The notes under the pieces are model-generated. The model did no database searches and had not been told where the DNA came from. It was given only the letters and a program-made list of their open reading frames with translations. Of a stretch of 64,000 nucleotides of DNA, positions 57,741-64,000 are shown in pieces. Position 1 is the stretch's first letter; each line of letters begins with the position of its first letter. The stretch comes from Chrysomallon squamiferum (taxonomy: Eukaryota > Animalia > Mollusca), in NCBI GenBank assembly GCA_012295275.1, contig CM022674.1, positions 12,028,001 through 12,092,000 on the forward strand. Direction: 5' to 3'. The translations under genes were made by a program, and so were the position numbers.

Positions 57741-58499
57741 ACTATTTTTCTTCTTTTTTCTTTTTTTTCACCTTTTCTTCTTTATAAATATATGTTAATG
57801 TGTGTATGTGTGTCTGACCGTCTGCATTTTATATATATATACTGTTTTCTTTCCTTAGTTTTATCCTTGTCATTTTTTAGTTAAAGAGTTTTACGGAATG
57901 AGTATATACATACATATACATATGCATACATGCGTACATATTTACATTCTACTTACATACTTACTTATAAACTTCTAATATGCATGCAAACATATATATA
58001 TATTGTTACAAACAGACAGACAGACGTAATACACACATTCATATACACATTCATTCATACATCAATATAAACATTGTCACCTTCTGTTTGATTACGTCTG
58101 TTTACAGGACAATGTAATATAAAGTCAAGATTGTTATTTGGCGACCATCTCTGCATTAGGCATTACTCAAGTTATATTACAACAGCTACTTCCATGTAAA
58201 GGCTACGTTCGTGATTTAGAGCAATTCAATAAATTAGGCAAAAGTAAAATTATTTCTGTCTATAATACCTTGCGAAGAACTTGGAGTTATGCAGATTAGG
58301 AAGTATACATACAGTGTTCATCTTGGCATTCTATTTATAAAAATATTTCATATTTGTATTTCTGACCCATAATTATCAATTTATACAACATAGAAATAAT
58401 CAATAATTAATTGCATTAATTTGATTTTGAAGGCAGTTAAACAACAGTTGAAAATGTTAATGAACTTAAAATCCAAAACTGTTATTAGGAGATAATTAC

Positions 58500-58596
58500 C
58501 TGAAGTATATAAAACAGATTCCTGTGATGATCAACAGACCAAAGAATATCAGGAAATAGTAAATTGTTTTCGGAGTATGTTGCAATTTTTTTTCCT
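58500..58596 (-). CDS. Gene 4 transmembrane exon
   Basis: EEKKLQHTPKTIYYFLIFFGLLIITGICFIYFR; same 97-nt length and splice sites as the gene 3 TM exon. Confidence 0.72.
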
Positions 58597-58783
58597 CTGA
58601 AAAGAATACACCAATGAAAGTTTAAATCAATGACTGAATGATGGTGCTGTCGCTGTTATTAGTATTATTGTTATGATTACTACTGTTACTATTACTTATA
58701 AGACTGCTACTAATATCTTCACACAGATAACAACAAATATGACTAGAAATACTGTTGTTAATATTAACACAACTGCAGCATAC

Positions 58784-58954
58784 CTGGACATTTCGTGCCA
58801 GTGTAACATATTTCTGTTCTGTTAGTGTTATTTCCATTATAAACTCGTCGAATGCCTTTTCCACACGTTACACTACACATTGATCCGTTCTTCGTTTTTA
58901 AATCTGGTGGTCTGTATGCTCGTTCTTTTTCTGGCCGGATACCTTCTGATCTTA
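58784..58954 (-). CDS. Gene 4 short TSP1-like exon 2
   Basis: 171 nt, phase 1-1; NGSMCSVTCGKGIRRVYNGNNTNRTEICYTGTKCP. Confidence 0.75.
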
Positions 58955-59029
58955 CTGGGTAAATGTAAACAGATTAACAGATAATCAGACAGACAAATGG
59001 TGGAAACACTCATAGAAGGACAGAATTTT

Positions 59030-59141
<112 letters not shown>

Positions 59142-59732
59142 TTGTCGATTTTATTTTCTCTGAAAAGAATACACCAATGAAAGATAAACCAATGAATGAA
59201 TTAACAATTTATTATCAGTACTCATTCTTACTGAGATAAGAAGAAGAAGAAGAAGAAATGCTTCAAAGATTTCAACTGCTTTTGTCACTTTGTATTTCAT
59301 CACCTGGACTGGATCTGTTTTAGTGACGTCATCATTACATACACTAGATCGGGAATGTATTCGTGACGTCATCATTACACATCCTTGATTGGGACTGCAT
59401 TCGTGTCATAATCATTACACAAACTGATAGCAACTGCCACTACTTTTGCTACATACGTTAACTACAGCAACGACTACTACTACTACCCCAACAACTAAAA
59501 CAACAAGCACTACTACTACTGGAATATTATAGCATTGACAAAAATACTACCACTATCGCATTACTACAAATATACCTTGAAATAGCACTGCAGTAAATTA
59601 TAACTTTAATGGTGGTGTTGCTGCTGTTAGTTTTACTGTATCACTTATAAGACTACTACTACCATCATGTGACAGATGACAACTAGTATGGCTAGAAATA
59701 TTGCTGTTATTTTTACTACAACTACAGCGTAC

Positions 59733-59909
59733 CTGGACACTTTGTGGTGCTACTGTAACATATTTCTGTTCTGTTAGTGTTATTTCCATTATAAACTCGT
59801 CGAATGCCTTTTCCACACGTTACACTGCACATTGATCCGTTCTTTGTTTTTACTACTGTTGGTTCTTTTGATTTTGGTTCTTTTGCTGTTCTGTTTTTTT
59901 CTATGTCAT
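59733..59909 (-). CDS. Gene 4 short TSP1-like exon 1
   Basis: 177 nt, phase 1-1; NGSMCSVTCGKGIRRVYNGNNTNRTEICYSSTTKCP. Confidence 0.75.
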
Positions 59910-60087
59910 CTGGATGCAGGGTAAACAGATAAACAGTTAATGCGACATCCACTAATATACTGACAGAGAAGGTGAGAAACGGTGAGATGGAGAACGATAT
60001 ATATCGATACAGAGATATGGAGAAAAAGAAACTCAGACACACAGAAAGTTATAGGTGAACTATATATAAAGAGCTGAGGGAGGGGGG

Positions 60088-60189
<102 letters not shown>

Positions 60190-60213
60190 AGTGATTTCAG
60201 TTTCTTGACTTAC

Positions 60214-60350
60214 ATTTTAAACATTTTTGTTTAAAATTATTTGTTAGAAGAATGACTTGATTACTCATTTCTCTCAAAATATCTTCAGAACAATTTTTTA
60301 CATTTGTAGCTTTCATCATACAGTTCGGTAGCCATGCGATCACGTCTTCT
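60214..60350 (-). CDS. Gene 4 module 2 B exon
   Basis: tatag|a gaa gac...aaa t|gtaagt; EDVIAWLPNCMMKATNVKNCSEDILREMSN...KQKCLK. Confidence 0.75.
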
Positions 60351-60547
60351 CTATAAAACATCAGATAAGTTAAACTATATCCAACATATAAAGAAAAAGA
60401 AAACATACCTTGGCATGACACACACACACACACACACACAAAACACAAACGCCAACACACACGTATGCCTATTTTAGAGGGAGAAATAAAAAGTGACAGA
60501 GAGAGAAAAAAAAGAAAGAGAAAATGAGAGGTTGAGAAAGAGCGTGT

Positions 60548-60687
<140 letters not shown>

Positions 60688-60775
60688 TAGTGAGAGAGCG
60701 AGAGAGAAAAAACAGAAAGACAAAGAAAGAAATAGAAACTGAGAAAGACGAAGTTAGGAAAGGAGAATGACTCAC

Positions 60776-60956
60776 AAGCAAACACTTTTCAGCTTTCTGC
60801 GAGAAGGCAAAGATCCAACCTCACCAGCTGAAGACATATAGTTAAACTCTTCTACGGTCAGCCCTTTCGGACTAAGACATGTTTTGTTCACATCGGCAAC
60901 AAACTTATTTTTGCAGGGGTCACTATCGCTGTCTCGTGGAGGTATTTTAATTCGAT
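60776..60956 (-). CDS. Gene 4 module 2 A exon
   Basis: acag|at...tgc tt|gtgagt; DPCKNKFVADVNKTCLSPKG...GSLPSRRKLKSVC. Confidence 0.75.
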
Positions 60957-61274
60957 CTGTATTGGAAAATCCTGATTCCAAAATATTAGTACCATAGTGA
61001 GACTCAAAAATAAGCACATAATTGTGGCTGAGAGTGTATATTTTAACATCAGATTTAAAAAATATTGCCTAAGCAAAAATGAGCAAAACGAAAAAATAAA
61101 ATCTAAAATGCATTTAAAAAATCATTATAATAAAAATGTCCTTTTTTATTTTTTTTTTTTTTAGTTGTTCGATATCAAGATCTGAGGTCTAGTTTCATAT
61201 TAACAAGTTTAAAATAAAATATATAAAACAAAATAAACAAACAAATATTTTAATATAATTTACTTTATATTTAC

Positions 61275-61466
61275 TTTCGCAGTCTACAGGGACATAGCAT
61301 CGGGCACTATTAGTTTCGTTGGTTTCCATTACACACTCTTTGTTTGCTGTTCCAGTAGTTGTGCGATTTAAGCAAACTCTTGTCCGTGTTATAACCATAC
61401 TGCCTTCACCACATAGGACGTTACAGCTTGATCCGTTTTCTGACCAAGATGTCCATGTACCATACA
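61275..61466 (-). CDS. Gene 4 TSP1 exon
   Basis: VYGTWTSWSENGSSCNVLCGEGSMVITRTRVC...C...C...DC; 192 nt, phase 1-1. Confidence 0.82.
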
Positions 61467-61719
61467 CTACCAAATAACACCAGCACATGCAAATACACGC
61501 ACACAACACACACACATATACACACATACAGGGAAAAAAATGGAAAAGAAAGAAAACTAAGCAAAATCTAACTAAATAACAATATATATTTTTTGTCCAA
61601 TCATAAAACACTTTTACGTCAACAAAAATAACACCTAGAGAAAGAAAAGAGTAGAGAGTCAATATAAAAAAAAAAAAAGTTCGTTGTTACTTGGTCTTGG
61701 TTTTTTGTTATTGATGTAC

Positions 61720-61862
61720 CTGATGAGCACACGTCATCCACAGACGTCGTATATAGCGGGACCAGGCCTTGAGCCTCCTCGCTCTCTTCACATGCACTCA
61801 TACTTTTGGGATAAATCATAGCATCACTGAAGCATTTCTTTATTGTTTCTAATTTCTTTCCC
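61720..61862 (-). CDS. Gene 4 module 1 B exon
   Basis: GKKLETIKKCFSDAMIYPKSMSACEESEEAQG...DDVCSS; ttag| acceptor and g|gtacat donor. Confidence 0.7.
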
Positions 61863-62471
61863 CTAATAAACAAACAAATAAATTAAATTGTGCTTTGCTA
61901 TCCACTGTAAAATAAAACACACACACACACACACACACACACGTACACAAAGGCATATATATACACACACATAGACACACTTGCACTTATACACACATGC
62001 TCACATATACATGCACACACAAACACATACACACAAATACATAAAGAGATACAGACATATATACTGACATACACAAACATACACATAGACATATATACAA
62101 TCACAAATACACATAAAAACACACACGTACACACACAAACACAAAAACATACACAGATACGCAGATATACACACACATAACCAAACACATTCACATGCGC
62201 AGGAACAAACACATATATATTTATACATATATACTAACGTACACATACGTACGCACGAATTTACATATATACCCATACAAGGTTGTCTTCATGACCAAGC
62301 GGCATGGTCGTCCGCATTCGGACTTCGGGCGGGTGGTGTCATACATTCACGTCTTGTCAGAGCTATCTAACGGGGTTTGTGAGGTCGTGACTGGAATTTG
62401 TCCTCCTGAGCCAGTGAGTTCCCGAATAACAGACAATATTCATACCTACTTACGCATAGATAGATAGATAG

Positions 62472-62567
<96 letters not shown>

Positions 62568-62570
62568 AGG

Positions 62571-63357
62571 CTCAAAAGAAGTTAAGGGACAACAATATTT
62601 GTGCAAATAATTATAAGCTAATATACAAAAATTTTAACACGATTAATGACAGATTATTTATTTGATGTCTGAAGAACAGAAAACTGAAAACAAAAAAACT
62701 TGAGAAAGTCGTGTACCCCCAAAAATGATGTTCACACATGTAGTAGAAGCAGATAATTCCTAACTGTCTGGTCAGACACAACGAGGCAGCTCTGAGTTCA
62801 TCACGAAAATGCGTGAAGTCACAAAACGCTGTTGCAATGCCGTTATCATAAGGAAATGGTCTTCTCGTGCTATTCTGAATTTAATTAGTCGTCCTGAATC
62901 TCTTACAGATATCACTTAGTCTGACATTTAGATGGTAAAACATAGATATCTGCAGTGTGTCCATCTTGTAGCCAGTCAATGCTCCTTCTCCTGCGTTGTA
63001 AATTGGATTGTCGTCGAACCATCTTCAAATTTAAAGTGACGATGAAAGGAAAATGCCCATCTCTTTTATCGCTAAAATTGGCATGCATTAAGTTACACTC
63101 ATGCTAAGGAAGTGCAAATAGTGCAAGAGGTGTCACAATGGCTGTATTGGGGCAGGTTCTCAGTAAAATTTGGCTGTTTTTCCTTCAAATCCATGATACG
63201 AAAATATGGGTTAACTTAAAAAGTTTCTAAAGTTAAGCATGCACAACACAAAGGATAGTATGCTAACACTATCTGACCTCAAACACCCCCAAAAAAATAA
63301 ACATCCTTCCTTTAATAATAATAAACTTTCTTCTGACCCTGAACTTCTTTGGAGTAG
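62571..63357 (-). mobile_element. Tc1 derivative (same insertion as 37775-38993) retaining the N-terminal part but lacking the DDE region
   Basis: TIR-like CTCAAAAGAAGTTAAGGGA and TGACCCTGAACTTCTTTGGAG; fragments EDHFLMITALQQRFVT and SDQTVRNYL. Confidence 0.8.
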
Positions 63358-64000
63358 TATGTATACATACCTACACACATACGTACACACGTACAAAAAA
63401 CACAGACATAAACCTACTCACGTGCATGATGATAACTTAAATTTATAAAAAGTTTCTCCTTTGGAAGATATCCCGCTGTTCCATTAGAGACTAAATAGTG
63501 AACTGATTCAAAAGTAAACTGGTCCCGAACAAGACATTTGTTCAGTCTCGCTTTAAAAGATATGTAACATTCTTCTCTGGATAAAGCCGAGACCTCTACT
63601 ATAGATAAAGGCACCGTAACTGTGAAGAAAGAAACAAAAACAAATCTACAAAATACGTCATTAGTTGTTTCCAAAAGCCGTGACGTAAATCGTGCGTAAT
63701 ATGCTAAAAACATCATGTTTACGCTTTAGTATATACAATAAAATTCTGAATTTGTATGTCATATCAAATTAATAAATAATAATAGAAACATACGAACATT
63801 TTAAAAAATTAAAAAAGAAAGATAATTCTTACTGGACAGTGGATAATAATAAATCATTTAAATTCTAGTTATTTTCTGTTTATACGTGTGTTAGTTATTT
63901 ATAAAATTTTAATTCATTTACGACTTCGTTTTAACAATCTCTAACGTACTTTCACTTTAATGGTTAAAAACTATTTTTATAATTTTCTAAATAATAAAAA

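Noticed and set aside
59151-59375. Hydrophobic DPVQVMKYKVTKAVEIFEAFLLLLLL segment (also 34899-35126) as an alternative TM exon
   Set aside because: The Leu run comes from a CTT microsatellite, the paralog at ~35890-35970 is degenerate, and a better phase-compatible TM exon exists. Not fully excluded.
62195-62467. 90-aa plus-strand ORF in a GC-richer patch
   Set aside because: No recognisable domain; part of it is inverted and disrupted in the paralogous intron, so it is probably a repeat fragment.

Overview
AT-rich, microsatellite-dense eukaryotic (animal, invertebrate-like) DNA. A mollusc or cephalopod is my guess from repeat style and cannot be proven here. Almost all ORF-track entries are microsatellite artefacts. 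By manually joining GT-AG exons with compatible phases I reconstruct a tandem cluster of one family of cell-surface proteins built from a two-exon, ~110-aa, six-cysteine module. Gene 1 (+, 649-6605, 7 exons, 416 aa): signal peptide, 3 modules, xSP stalk, GPI-type tail. Gene 2 (+, ~8.5-14.6 kb): module, TSP1, short TSP1-like, TM, tail. Gene 3 (-, 34440-40873): an intact 218-aa splice path despite an internal deletion. Gene 4 (-, 58318-63619): the longest architecture, but missing its signal exon and carrying a 1-nt frameshift. Several relic exons are also present. Genes 3 and 4 lie in ~22-kb tandem duplicates. Each duplicate carries a 11-13 kb composite satellite with its own higher-order repeat and a differently deleted intronic Tc1 element. 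Two Tigger/pogo-type derivatives are also present. All gene models are manual predictions without transcript support.
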